Assembly (NCBI GenBank): GCA_019720975.1
Contig: JAGVSJ010000001.1
Span: forward strand, 34,400-98,399
DNA from: Candidatus Sysuiplasma superficiale
Lineage (GTDB): Archaea > Thermoplasmatota > Thermoplasmata > Sysuiplasmatales > Sysuiplasmataceae
Direction of reading: 5' to 3'
DNA length: 64,000 nt
Under the pieces are notes generated by a model. That model was not told the origin of the DNA and made no database searches. It saw only the letters and a program-made list of their open reading frames with translations. Below are positions 20,145-28,731 of this stretch, in pieces. The position numbers and the translations under genes were made by a program. Within the stretch, counting starts at the first letter, position 1. Every line of letters starts with the position of its first letter.

Positions 20145-20642
20145 ATGAGAAGAGGTAAAGTGAAGGCGGACAGCGGAATCGGGCTAGATTTGCTGGATGT
20201 GAACATCATCAGGGAACTGCAGGCGGATGCCCGCATATCATACCGTGCCCTCGCCAGAAAACTTGGCGTGAGCGTAACAACCGTGAGCGGAAGGGTCAGG
20301 AGAATGAAGGATACAGGCCTAATAAGGAGCTTCACGATCATTGTAAACCCTGAGAAGGCAGGGAACGTTTACTGCACAGCACTCTACATCAGGACAGAAA
20401 ACGGTTCGGACCCGAGAAAGGTTGGCGAGGCTGTATCAGGGATAAAGGGGATATGCTACACTTACCACACACTGGGAATATACAACCTGATTGCACTTGG
20501 CAGCGCCCCAAACAAGGATGACTTTTCCTCAATGATAAGGCAGATAAATGGGCTCAAGGGAGTCAAGGAGGTAATACCGTCTGTCGTCCTCGATACAATC
20601 AAGGAGGATCCCAAGCACATAATAGCACTCGCAGGCAGATAA
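20145..20642 (+). CDS. Lrp/AsnC family transcriptional regulator
   Basis: LDLLDVNIIRELQADARISYRALARKLGVSVTTVSGRVRRM HTH plus C-terminal RAM domain; divergent from aprM. Confidence 0.93.
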   Translation: MRRGKVKADSGIGLDLLDVNIIRELQADARISYRALARKLGVSVTTVSGRVRRMKDTGLIRSFTIIVNPEKAGNVYCTALYIRTENGSDPRKVGEAVSGIKGICYTYHTLGIYNLIALGSAPNKDDFSSMIRQINGLKGVKEVIPSVVLDTIKEDPKHIIALAGR

Positions 20643-20657
20643 ACCCGCGGGCGCTCT

Positions 20658-21155
20658 TCAGAATGTTGTGTTCTTTGTAGCTCTTGCTATTATGCGCTTG
20701 GCCATCTCGCGCAGCTCTTCTGCAGCCTGTCGGTACTCATCTTCAGGCATGCCCTCCATACCCGAAACATCAGAACCAATCAGAGCATACTCCGAAAGGG
20801 TGTATATCGTAGCCTCGGGATAGAGAAAGAGGAGGAATCCCTTAACAGCCATGCTCGTGCACAGCATTAGTTCGAAATTCCCTGCCATCGCATCCGTCAA
20901 TTTTCTGCTCCTGAAACCTGAAGCGTCAATACCTGCGGCCATGAGGAAGGATGATGCTCTTGCATCCATCGGGGAGCCGTCCGAAGCAGAAAGACCCGCG
21001 GAGGAAAACTTCATTTCCTTCCCCTCACCTTCAGCCTTCAGCAGGAATTCCATGAGAGCACTTGCATTCGTGTTGGTGGTCCCGACAACCAGTATGCTCC
21101 TTACAGGTTTGCCGAACACAAGCCTTCTGACAATGTTTTCAGCCAACTGAGACAC
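20658..21155 (-). CDS. Low-molecular-weight PTP/arsenate reductase fold protein, catalytic motif degenerate
   Basis: SSAGL, MDARA, FRSRKLT, fold-typical layout; P-loop reads VVGTTNTNAS instead of VCxGNxCRS. Confidence 0.75.
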   Translation of the reverse strand: MSQLAENIVRRLVFGKPVRSILVVGTTNTNASALMEFLLKAEGEGKEMKFSSAGLSASDGSPMDARASSFLMAAGIDASGFRSRKLTDAMAGNFELMLCTSMAVKGFLLFLYPEATIYTLSEYALIGSDVSGMEGMPEDEYRQAAEELREMAKRIIARATKNTTF

Positions 21156-21433
21156 TAATCCGGAATCTCAAAGTCAATTCTCTCCATTATGTCTACCTTC
21201 CTCACTGGAATCACATTCCGGTAGGCTGGAAACATATCCGCGCCATATCTCTCTGCAAGCTTCGCATTGTCTTTGAGCAGTGCCCTCTCTCCGAGGAACA
21301 GAAAATCGTCGTCCTCCCGTATAAGCATGCCTGCAGTACGGAAAACAGCCCTGTATTCGCCACCTTGAATCCCATGCGAGCCTTCAGGCCTGAACGGCTT
21401 CGGGTCCGAGTACCTGATGTAACACACCTTCAA
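21155..21433 (-). CDS. Hypothetical protein (92 aa)
   Basis: TTG start; stop overlaps the next start; sits between dsrE and the PTP-like gene on the same strand. Confidence 0.65.
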   Translation of the reverse strand: MKVCYIRYSDPKPFRPEGSHGIQGGEYRAVFRTAGMLIREDDDFLFLGERALLKDNAKLAERYGADMFPAYRNVIPVRKVDIMERIDFEIPD

Positions 21434-21461
21434 GTATCTCGAACCCCTGCCCTGCCGGGCC

Positions 21462-21902
21462 TTAGATGAAAAGCGTTATTGCGGAAGGATCTGACGCCCA
21501 CTGAAGGAACGTCGCTGCGCCTACGACATCGGAATTAGGGAGTACGAGGTTCTCCTTTGTCGTTCCGAACAGTTTCATGGTAGGTGAACAGGCGTTGATG
21601 TGAACGCCAGAATCAGCGGCCATCTGGAGCATCTGCTGAACGGTGGGCATGCCGCCCTTTGAGATGAGCCCCTGGAGCTGCTCAGCCGTTAGACCGAGAT
21701 CCTTTGAAGGTTGAATCGTTTCGGCCTGACCTTTTGTAAGCAACTTCATTCCGCCAAATGTGAAATACATGTACACTTCCATTCCCTGCGCCGCTGCAGT
21801 TGTTGCCAGTATAAGCGCCGGATATGCCGCGTCTGTCGTCCCCTTGCTCACAACAAGAACAAGCTTATTCTTCATCTGCGTCTGCTGTTCACTACTCTGC
21901 AT
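21462..21902 (-). CDS. DsrE-family sulfurtransferase (DsrE2/DsrE3-like)
   Basis: AYPALILATTAAAQGMEVYMYFTFGG, conserved INACSPTM cysteine, VVGAATFL; divergent from tusA. Confidence 0.88.
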   Translation of the reverse strand: MQSSEQQTQMKNKLVLVVSKGTTDAAYPALILATTAAAQGMEVYMYFTFGGMKLLTKGQAETIQPSKDLGLTAEQLQGLISKGGMPTVQQMLQMAADSGVHINACSPTMKLFGTTKENLVLPNSDVVGAATFLQWASDPSAITLFI

Positions 21903-21960
21903 TTAAATTTCCCCTTGGTCACCAAACGCATTCACATTATAAGTAATTTTCAATTGTGCA

Positions 21961-21971
21961 TTACAATGTCA
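21961..21971. promoter_or_regulatory. Candidate operator TTACAATGTCA in the dsrE/tusA divergent promoter
   Basis: 10/11 match to TGACAWTGTCA. Confidence 0.5.
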
Positions 21972-22035
21972 ACAGGATTGCACCTTTCTCCGCTCCTGAA
22001 TTAAGTATTTAATCAGTGTCAGCGATTACACCGCT

Positions 22036-22269
22036 ATGTCAGATGAAGCAAAGGTATTTGACTTCAGGGGGCTGCAGTGCCCTCTGCCTGTTTTCGAAAC
22101 GAGCAAGGCGATAAAACAGATTGGTGTTGGAGAGGAGATAGTTGTCATGGCAAACGACCCTGCAGCCAGACCTGATCTGGAGGCATGGTCCAAACGCACG
22201 GGCCACCCAATACTGAATGTTGAGGACAAGGGCGACCACATCAAACTGACAATAAGGCGCTCACACTGA
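22036..22269 (+). CDS. tusA: Sulfur carrier TusA
   Basis: DFRGLQCPLP (CPxP), DPAARPDLEAW; 77 aa. Confidence 0.93.
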   Translation: MSDEAKVFDFRGLQCPLPVFETSKAIKQIGVGEEIVVMANDPAARPDLEAWSKRTGHPILNVEDKGDHIKLTIRRSH

Positions 22270-22414
22270 TTAAAGGCCATACTGTAGCGGGTTTCGGCGA
22301 ACGTAAGATTCTGTGGCGGTTTACGGGGGTGGGTGGGCAGGCATTTTTCGCAATGTGCCGAATAAGCAGCAAAACTATAATTAATAAATTGTCCATTAAG
22401 ATGTTTTAAATGAC

Positions 22415-22425
22415 TAACATTGTCA
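22415..22425. promoter_or_regulatory. Candidate operator TAACATTGTCA upstream of sHdrC1
   Basis: 10/11 match to TGACAWTGTCA, just downstream of TATA-like TTTTAAA. Confidence 0.5.
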
Positions 22426-22477
22426 GGAATTCACTTGGATTTTTCAAACGAGAGGAGGATGTTCTGCCCTGTCGATA

Positions 22478-23245
22478 ATGAAGAACCTTCCAAACAGGAA
22501 GGAAACTGATGAACCTTCAATGATACTTGCCGGAGCGAGGAAGGATGGGGACAGCACTGAACTCGCAGCCAGAATATTTTCACAGATGCGTTCGGACTTC
22601 AGGTACAGTGAATTCGTGCTTGGATGCCTGAACTGCGGCGAATGCACCACAGGCTGCCCTGCAGCCCGTTTCTATGATTTCAGCCCGCGGGAGATGCTCC
22701 AGATAGCCATGTCCGATGACCCACAGGTTCTTCTCGATGCGATGCAGGAGAAGATATGGGCCTGCTGCCAGTGCTATACCTGCAACATGCGCTGCAGGTT
22801 CGGTAATGACATCGCCGGCATCATAAGCGTGATGAGGGAACTCGCGGTAAAGAACGGTCTTGAGAGCACAAAGGAAGTTCTGAAGCCGGCAAGCAGAAGT
22901 CTCCTGAAGGTTATGACTCATGGAACGCAGGTCTCTCCTGACATGATCCAGCCTGATTTCTTCGTTGACTGGGATCCCAAGGCTGTATCCAAATCCTCCG
23001 ATCTCGCTGCACTGAGAAAGGCGATTCCTATTGATGTTCTTCAGGTAACAGACTCATCCTGGGAGGTTTCGATGCAAACAGCGCTCGAACTCGCTCAGAT
23101 ATATGAGGAGTCGGGTGTCCTCGACATGCTCAGGGCGCTGGATCCGGACCTTGTCGAGATGATACTTGACATAATTTCTGACTGGAAGGATGAGTTTGAG
23201 GATATGAAGGAGAAGTATGGCATTGAAGGAGATGCTCCAAGATGA
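22478..23245 (+). CDS. hdrC1: Sulfur-oxidizing heterodisulfide reductase-like subunit sHdrC1
   Basis: CLNCGECTTGCPAARFYDFSPRE and CCQCYTCNMRC ferredoxin motifs; first gene of the sHdr operon. Confidence 0.9.
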   Translation: MKNLPNRKETDEPSMILAGARKDGDSTELAARIFSQMRSDFRYSEFVLGCLNCGECTTGCPAARFYDFSPREMLQIAMSDDPQVLLDAMQEKIWACCQCYTCNMRCRFGNDIAGIISVMRELAVKNGLESTKEVLKPASRSLLKVMTHGTQVSPDMIQPDFFVDWDPKAVSKSSDLAALRKAIPIDVLQVTDSSWEVSMQTALELAQIYEESGVLDMLRALDPDLVEMILDIISDWKDEFEDMKEKYGIEGDAPR

Positions 23246-24510
23246 CAATGTTGAGTGCTGACCAGATAAGGAACGTAGTGAAGGCGAGGGCAGAACACAG
23301 AACGGTATCAGACAAGAAGGTTTCCGACGTCAGGGAAGAAATGTGGAAACTGCATGACAAGGGAGAACTCATCGTAATACCGATCACAGCCAGAAACAAG
23401 CCAGTGAAGGTGGAAACACTGTTCGGTTGGGAGAAGAGAATACCCACTGATCACCTATGGCATCACAAATCATGCGGTCAGTGCGGAAACATACCAGGCT
23501 ATCCGGCATCTCTACTCTGGTTCATGAATCAGTTTGAGACAAGTTATCTTAACGAACCGCACCAGACTTCATGCACGGCGTGGAACTATCACGGTACCGG
23601 TACATCGAACCCAGTTGCGCTCGCGGCTGTCGCAGTCAGAAACTGGTACCGGGCATACGAGACAGGTACCTTCCCTCTCATCCATTGCGGAACAAGCTAC
23701 GGTGACTACAAGGAAATGAGAAAGCTTCTGATTGAGAATGCTGAAATCAGGAATAAGGTAAGGGAGATAATGCACCACATGGGAAAGGAGCTTGTCATAC
23801 CCGAAGAGATTGTGCATTACAGCGAGTGGGTGCATGTCATGCGGGACAGGATAGCTTCAATGTCGAAGCATGATCTCTCAGAGATAACAGCCACTGTCCA
23901 TGAACCGTGCCACTACTACAAAATGGTCCCTGAGGATGCAATATACGACATGAATGTCAACGGCGGGCAGAGGCCAGCACCCCCCACCGCACTAATGCTC
24001 GCACTTGGCGCAAAGGTAGCCGATTACAGCACATGGTATGACTGCTGCGGCTTCGGCTTCAGGCACATACTCACCGAAAGGGAATTCACAAGATCTTTTG
24101 CAACCCTCCGAAAGATAAAGCCGATGGTCGAGGAGGCACATTCGGATGTCGCGATAACAACAGACACAGGATGTGTCACAACGCTTGACAAGAGCCAGTG
24201 GATCGGAAAGGTGCACGGCATGGATTTTATGGTGCCTGTGCTTGCGGACGTGCAGATAGCCGCACTGGCTGCCGGTGCCCATCCGTACAAGATAGTTCAG
24301 GTGCACTGGCACGCATCGCCAACGGAGAAGCTGATGGAAAAGATGGGCATTGACTACGGGAAGTACAGAGAGGATTTCATGTCATACCTTCAGGAGATAA
24401 AGAACGGCGGGAAGGTGGAGTACCTGTATGAACCGCACAGGGAAATGGAGAAGTATTTTGCAGTGAACAAAGGACAGGTAATTCCTGAAGTTGATTCAAA
24501 GACGGGGTAG
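23242..24510 (+). CDS. hdrB1: sHdrB1 (CCG-domain subunit)
   Basis: WHHKSCGQCGNIPGY, QTSCTAWNYHG, HCGTSYG, CHYYK, DCCGFGFRH, DTGCVTTLDKSQW. Confidence 0.93.
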   Translation: MTMLSADQIRNVVKARAEHRTVSDKKVSDVREEMWKLHDKGELIVIPITARNKPVKVETLFGWEKRIPTDHLWHHKSCGQCGNIPGYPASLLWFMNQFETSYLNEPHQTSCTAWNYHGTGTSNPVALAAVAVRNWYRAYETGTFPLIHCGTSYGDYKEMRKLLIENAEIRNKVREIMHHMGKELVIPEEIVHYSEWVHVMRDRIASMSKHDLSEITATVHEPCHYYKMVPEDAIYDMNVNGGQRPAPPTALMLALGAKVADYSTWYDCCGFGFRHILTEREFTRSFATLRKIKPMVEEAHSDVAITTDTGCVTTLDKSQWIGKVHGMDFMVPVLADVQIAALAAGAHPYKIVQVHWHASPTEKLMEKMGIDYGKYREDFMSYLQEIKNGGKVEYLYEPHREMEKYFAVNKGQVIPEVDSKTG

Positions 24511-24520
24511 GTGGTGGATG

Positions 24521-25585
24521 ATGGGCAAGCAGCGCTTTCTCGTCATAGGCGGGGGACCCGCCGGCCTCAGTGCCGCGCTGGATCTGCATGACGCAGGCAT
24601 GGATGTGGAACTTGTTGAGAAGGAGTCTTTCCTCGGCGGAACACCAAAGAAGCTGCATTACAGCCTCATAGCACCAGATCTCAAGCCAGTTGAGGAGGTG
24701 CTTGACCCTCTGATAAAGAAGGTGGAGGGTGCAGGGATAAGCAGGAAGCTCAATACAACTGTTTCCTCAGCAACCATAAGGGACGGTGTTGTCACTGTGA
24801 AATACGCATCTTCCGACGGCAAACAGGCTGGTGGCGGTGATTTCGATGCAGTAATACTTGCAACAGGATTCACGCACTGGGACCCGCACAAGAAGTATGA
24901 GTACGGTTATGGGCTCTACCCCGATGTCATCGACTTCAAGGATTTTGAAGCGATGCTGTCATCGGACAGGCTCGAAAGGCCATCCGACGGGAAGATGCCG
25001 AAGAGGATTGGCTGGCTGCTCTGCGTGGGCTCGAGGGACAGGCAGGTGGGAAAATTCTACTGCTGCAGGCTTGGCTGTGCTGTATCGATAAAACAGGCAA
25101 TGGAAGTGAAGAAAAGACACCCTGAGATTGACACCTATGTCTACTACATGGACATAAGAACCTATGGTTTCTGGGAGGACCAGCTGTACTGGAAATCGAT
25201 GGAGGAATACAACGTCAAATTCATTAGGGGGAGGATAGGCGCAATAAGCAGAGGTGAGAACGGTAGCCTGATCGCCATGGCCGAGGACACGATACTGCAG
25301 AGGCCAAGCGAAGTTCCGTTTGACATGCTCATCCTGACCACGGGAATGGAGGCGAGCAGCGGAACGGTGGAGATGGCAAAACTGTTCGGTGTGGATATTG
25401 AGGAGCATGGCTTTGTAAAGCCGCTTCAGGCAGACAGCATGCCCGTGCACACCAATGTGGACAGTGTATTTGTTGCCGGCACAGCCACCGGACCCAAGGC
25501 AATTCCGGATGCAATAACCGAGGGTTCGGCAGCTGCAATGAAGGCAATGAATTTTGTGAGAAGGAAGGTGCCACTGGTTGCCTGA
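24521..25585 (+). CDS. hdrA: sHdrA flavoprotein subunit (short type)
   Basis: VIGGGPAG, LATGF, CVGSRDRQVG..YCCR.GC, YYMDIRT.G, GPKAIPDAI; start ATG 24518 or 24521. Confidence 0.93.
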   Translation: MGKQRFLVIGGGPAGLSAALDLHDAGMDVELVEKESFLGGTPKKLHYSLIAPDLKPVEEVLDPLIKKVEGAGISRKLNTTVSSATIRDGVVTVKYASSDGKQAGGGDFDAVILATGFTHWDPHKKYEYGYGLYPDVIDFKDFEAMLSSDRLERPSDGKMPKRIGWLLCVGSRDRQVGKFYCCRLGCAVSIKQAMEVKKRHPEIDTYVYYMDIRTYGFWEDQLYWKSMEEYNVKFIRGRIGAISRGENGSLIAMAEDTILQRPSEVPFDMLILTTGMEASSGTVEMAKLFGVDIEEHGFVKPLQADSMPVHTNVDSVFVAGTATGPKAIPDAITEGSAAAMKAMNFVRRKVPLVA

Positions 25586-26288
25586 GATCATGCTCAACAG
25601 CTACAGGATAAGGGATATCGCGGATGCTGTTCTTGGCAGGAACTGGGAGGAAGAATTGCAGCAGTATCTTACAATGCTTGAGAGAAAGGGAGTGATTATA
25701 AGGGAGATAGTGGAGGCTGAGGAAAGGGAGAGAACAGATTACGAATCATTCATCTCACTCTTCTTTCCTGCAAGGAGATACAGAAGGGAGATACTCTCAT
25801 CAAACAAACCGGAAGTGCTCGATGACGCGATATCTTCGCTGCGCAACTGCGCGGAAACACCTGCCCTGACCGAGCTGAAATTCGCACAAATGTCCGGAGC
25901 TCCGGCCGCTGTTTTGCGCGACATGGCATACGAGGGAATGCACTTCATGTTTCCGGAAAGATACTGTCTTGCAACAAGATGGGTCTGGAATCCGGAAAGA
26001 GGGACAGGAGCGCTGCGGGATGTGATCAGAGCTGAAAAAAGGGACATGAGCTTTGAGGAAAGGCAGAAGGTGCTCAGGAACATACTCTCATCCATAAAGG
26101 TTCATGGTTACGTGTTCAGAGACTCCTTTCCACTGGATCTCATGTGTGCGCTGTACTACTCCCAGGAAGTAATAGGTGCGAAGGACCACTCAATGAACGC
26201 AGGCGGCATGGAGGCGCTCTTTCCCAGCCATGGCGCTGTTTCCGTGATGATACTGGGTCTGAGAGGTTTGAAATATGCCAATCCATGA
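25578..26288 (+). CDS. sHdrH (conserved hypothetical between hdrA and hdrC2)
   Basis: Position in hdrC1B1A-hyp-C2B2; HFMFPERYCLATRWVWNP..GTGAL motif. Confidence 0.8.
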   Translation: MPEIMLNSYRIRDIADAVLGRNWEEELQQYLTMLERKGVIIREIVEAEERERTDYESFISLFFPARRYRREILSSNKPEVLDDAISSLRNCAETPALTELKFAQMSGAPAAVLRDMAYEGMHFMFPERYCLATRWVWNPERGTGALRDVIRAEKRDMSFEERQKVLRNILSSIKVHGYVFRDSFPLDLMCALYYSQEVIGAKDHSMNAGGMEALFPSHGAVSVMILGLRGLKYANP

Positions 26289-26982
26289 AAAGAACCTGAT
26301 TGAAGAGGACAGGATACTAGAAAAGGAAAAGGCTGAGCTTGAGGGCAGGGACGTATCAGGCCAGTGGAATACATTCATAGAACAGCGCATTCTCTCCGAG
26401 TACGAGCCTGAGATATTTCAGGAGATATACTCAAGGCCTGAAGGTCGGACGATAAACAGGTGCTGGCAGTGCGGCACCTGCACTTCAGGATGCTGCATGC
26501 ACACGGATTTCGGGCTGAGGGAGTTCAATCCGAGATACTTCATCTACCTTGCACGGATCGGTGACGAAGAAGAACTGAAAAAACAGAAGGATGTCATATG
26601 GCGCTGTCTGGCGTGCAATAAATGTGTTGAGCGCTGTCCGAAGGATGTGAGGGTTGAAGAGGTTGTCCATGCCATAGACTCCTACATGAGAAAGAAGGGG
26701 TGGGCTCCTGACAACCCTGCCAGCAGATGGGATGATGAATACCTCAGGAATGTCATGAAGTCAGGGATACTGGATGAGATATCCCTCCTGCGCAATTACA
26801 TCAGGGACGAGAAGATAGAGGAATTTGATACGCACTACATGATGAAGATGGCTGTAAAGCTGCTGAAGACCGGAAGGATGAGGACAGGGCCCGTAAGACA
26901 CAGGACGAAGGGCTGGAAGAGGATAAGGAAGGTTGCTGAAGAAATACTGGAGAAGGATGGTTATGAACTCACAAAAGGATGA
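26275..26982 (+). CDS. hdrC2: sHdrC2
   Basis: MPIHEK start, RCWQCGTCTSGC, WRCLACNKCVERCPKDV. Confidence 0.92.
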   Translation: MPIHEKNLIEEDRILEKEKAELEGRDVSGQWNTFIEQRILSEYEPEIFQEIYSRPEGRTINRCWQCGTCTSGCCMHTDFGLREFNPRYFIYLARIGDEEELKKQKDVIWRCLACNKCVERCPKDVRVEEVVHAIDSYMRKKGWAPDNPASRWDDEYLRNVMKSGILDEISLLRNYIRDEKIEEFDTHYMMKMAVKLLKTGRMRTGPVRHRTKGWKRIRKVAEEILEKDGYELTKG

Positions 26983-27874
26983 ACTGGCATTCTATCCCGG
27001 CTGTTCCCTCGACGGAATGGGGAAGGCATACAGGAAGACGTCGGAGCTGGTGAACCGCGACCTCGGGATTGAGATGAGGGAGATAGTGAATTACAACTGC
27101 TGCGGCGCGGCGGAGGTGAAGACCGCAAGCTACGACCTTTCAGTTTTCCTGCCCGGCAGGAATCTTGCGCTCGCAAAGCAGATGGGATCAAGTGCTGTGG
27201 TTGCACCCTGCAACGGCTGTGTCTTCTCGCTCGGCAGGGCGAACCGCGCGATAGCGGAGGATTCAGGGACGCGGGAGAGGATCAATTCATATCTGAACCG
27301 TGCGGGAGCTCCCTCGTATGAAGGGGATGTCGAGGTGAAACACATAATAGAGGTCATTTACGAGAGGGCGGGAATTGAAGGCGTGAAGAAGAAGGTAAGG
27401 CGCCCGCTTACCGGCATACATGTGGCCTGCTATTATGGCTGTCTGTACACCAGGCCGAAGATCTATACAGGTGCGGGGACAGGCAGGAAGGATAACCCGG
27501 AACACCCGCACTTCATGGATGATCTGATGTCCGCGATAGGCGCAGAAGTGGTGGACTTTCCGCTCAAGACTGTCTGCTGCGGCGGAGGGCATGCAATAGC
27601 AGACAGGGAGGTGTCCGTGGGGTTCAGCGCTGCAATACTGAATGAGGCGGCAAGGGCGGGGGCCGATTTTGTTGTGACAATGTGCCCGCTCGGGCACATG
27701 AACATAGAGGCGAACATTCCTGCGATAGTGAAGCAGTACGGAATGGAGGTCGTGAGGCCTGTGGTCTACTTTACGCAGCTGATGGCGCTCGCTTTCGGTC
27801 ACAGCAGGAGGGAGGCGAGGCTTTCCGACAATTTCTCCGAAGCGGGAAAAGTTTTACAGGAGAAGGGATTCTAG
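26963..27874 (+). CDS. hdrB2: sHdrB2
   Basis: FYPGCSL, NCCGA, APCNGC, YYGCLY.RP, KTVCCGG, CPLGH; start re-assigned to ATG 26963. Confidence 0.92.
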   Translation: MNSQKDELAFYPGCSLDGMGKAYRKTSELVNRDLGIEMREIVNYNCCGAAEVKTASYDLSVFLPGRNLALAKQMGSSAVVAPCNGCVFSLGRANRAIAEDSGTRERINSYLNRAGAPSYEGDVEVKHIIEVIYERAGIEGVKKKVRRPLTGIHVACYYGCLYTRPKIYTGAGTGRKDNPEHPHFMDDLMSAIGAEVVDFPLKTVCCGGGHAIADREVSVGFSAAILNEAARAGADFVVTMCPLGHMNIEANIPAIVKQYGMEVVRPVVYFTQLMALAFGHSRREARLSDNFSEAGKVLQEKGF

Positions 27875-27886
27875 TATGGTGATTGT

Positions 27887-28336
27887 ATGGCATTCATAAA
27901 CGGGTGCGAACTGCCGGATGATCTGTTCTACTTTGTTGAGGGGAATCAGATGTCCTGGGTGAGGTTCGAAGGGAATGAGGCGGTCATTGGTCTGACAGAT
28001 CCTGCACAGACCAGAGCGGGGAAGATTGTGGTGATAAGGGTAAAGGGAGAGGGAACTACCAGACCGAAGGGAAAACCACTTGCCACCATTGAAAGCGGAA
28101 AGTGGGCCGGCGCCGTTATATCGCCTCTCACAGGAACGGTTGTAAGGGCAAATGAACAGCTGGCATCCAGTCCCGAACTGATAAACAACGATCCGTACGG
28201 ACAGGGCTGGATTGTGCGCATTAGTGTCGCGAATCAGGAGGAAAAGGCGGCCCTGCTGAATGGCGAGAAGGCGATGGAGAAATACAGGGAACTTATTGCG
28301 AAGGACAACATACGATGCATGAGATGCAAGCAGTGA
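27887..28336 (+). CDS. lbpA: Lipoate-binding protein LbpA (GcvH-like)
   Basis: IESGKW lipoyl-lysine motif, INNDPYGQGW, N-terminal GCELP and C-terminal CMRC cysteines typical of LbpA. Confidence 0.9.
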   Translation: MAFINGCELPDDLFYFVEGNQMSWVRFEGNEAVIGLTDPAQTRAGKIVVIRVKGEGTTRPKGKPLATIESGKWAGAVISPLTGTVVRANEQLASSPELINNDPYGQGWIVRISVANQEEKAALLNGEKAMEKYRELIAKDNIRCMRCKQ

Positions 28337-28337
28337 G

Positions 28338-28724
28338 GTGATGTGTCTGGCGGATGTTGAAGGCAAAAAACTTCTGATAGTGATGACAACAGGGCCGGAG
28401 GATCCGGAGAAGACGTATGCGCCGTTCTATACAGCCGCGCTTTCGGCTGCGATGGAGGTTGACACTTCAATGTACTTCCTCATGCACGCCCCCAAACTTC
28501 TCAAAAACGGTTCAGCGGAGCAGGTGAAACTCAAGAAAGGGGGAACGCTCAAGCAGTTCATAAACATGGCTCTCGAGGGAGGGGTCAAATTCTACGCATG
28601 CGAGGAGAGCCTGAGGAGCCTCTGTGAAATTGACCCCGCTGATGTTATCGAAGGTGTGAAGATAGTGGGCTCATCGACACTGGCGGATCTCGCCCTTGAA
28701 GCTGATTCGGTACTGAGCTTCTGA
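28338..28724 (+). CDS. DsrE-family protein
   Basis: MTTGPEDP...APFY.A..AAM, FYACEESL conserved cysteine, ADSVLSF. Confidence 0.85.
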   Translation: MMCLADVEGKKLLIVMTTGPEDPEKTYAPFYTAALSAAMEVDTSMYFLMHAPKLLKNGSAEQVKLKKGGTLKQFINMALEGGVKFYACEESLRSLCEIDPADVIEGVKIVGSSTLADLALEADSVLSF

Positions 28725-28731
28725 GGTTTGC

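Noticed and set aside
22478-27874. Methanogen-type HdrABC indicating methanogenesis
   Set aside because: The short HdrA, C1B1A-hyp-C2B2 order, LbpA, TusA and DsrE identify the sulfur-oxidizing sHdr type; no mvh or mcr genes
27887-28336. Glycine cleavage system H protein
   Set aside because: No gcvP/gcvT nearby; the terminal cysteines and context fit LbpA
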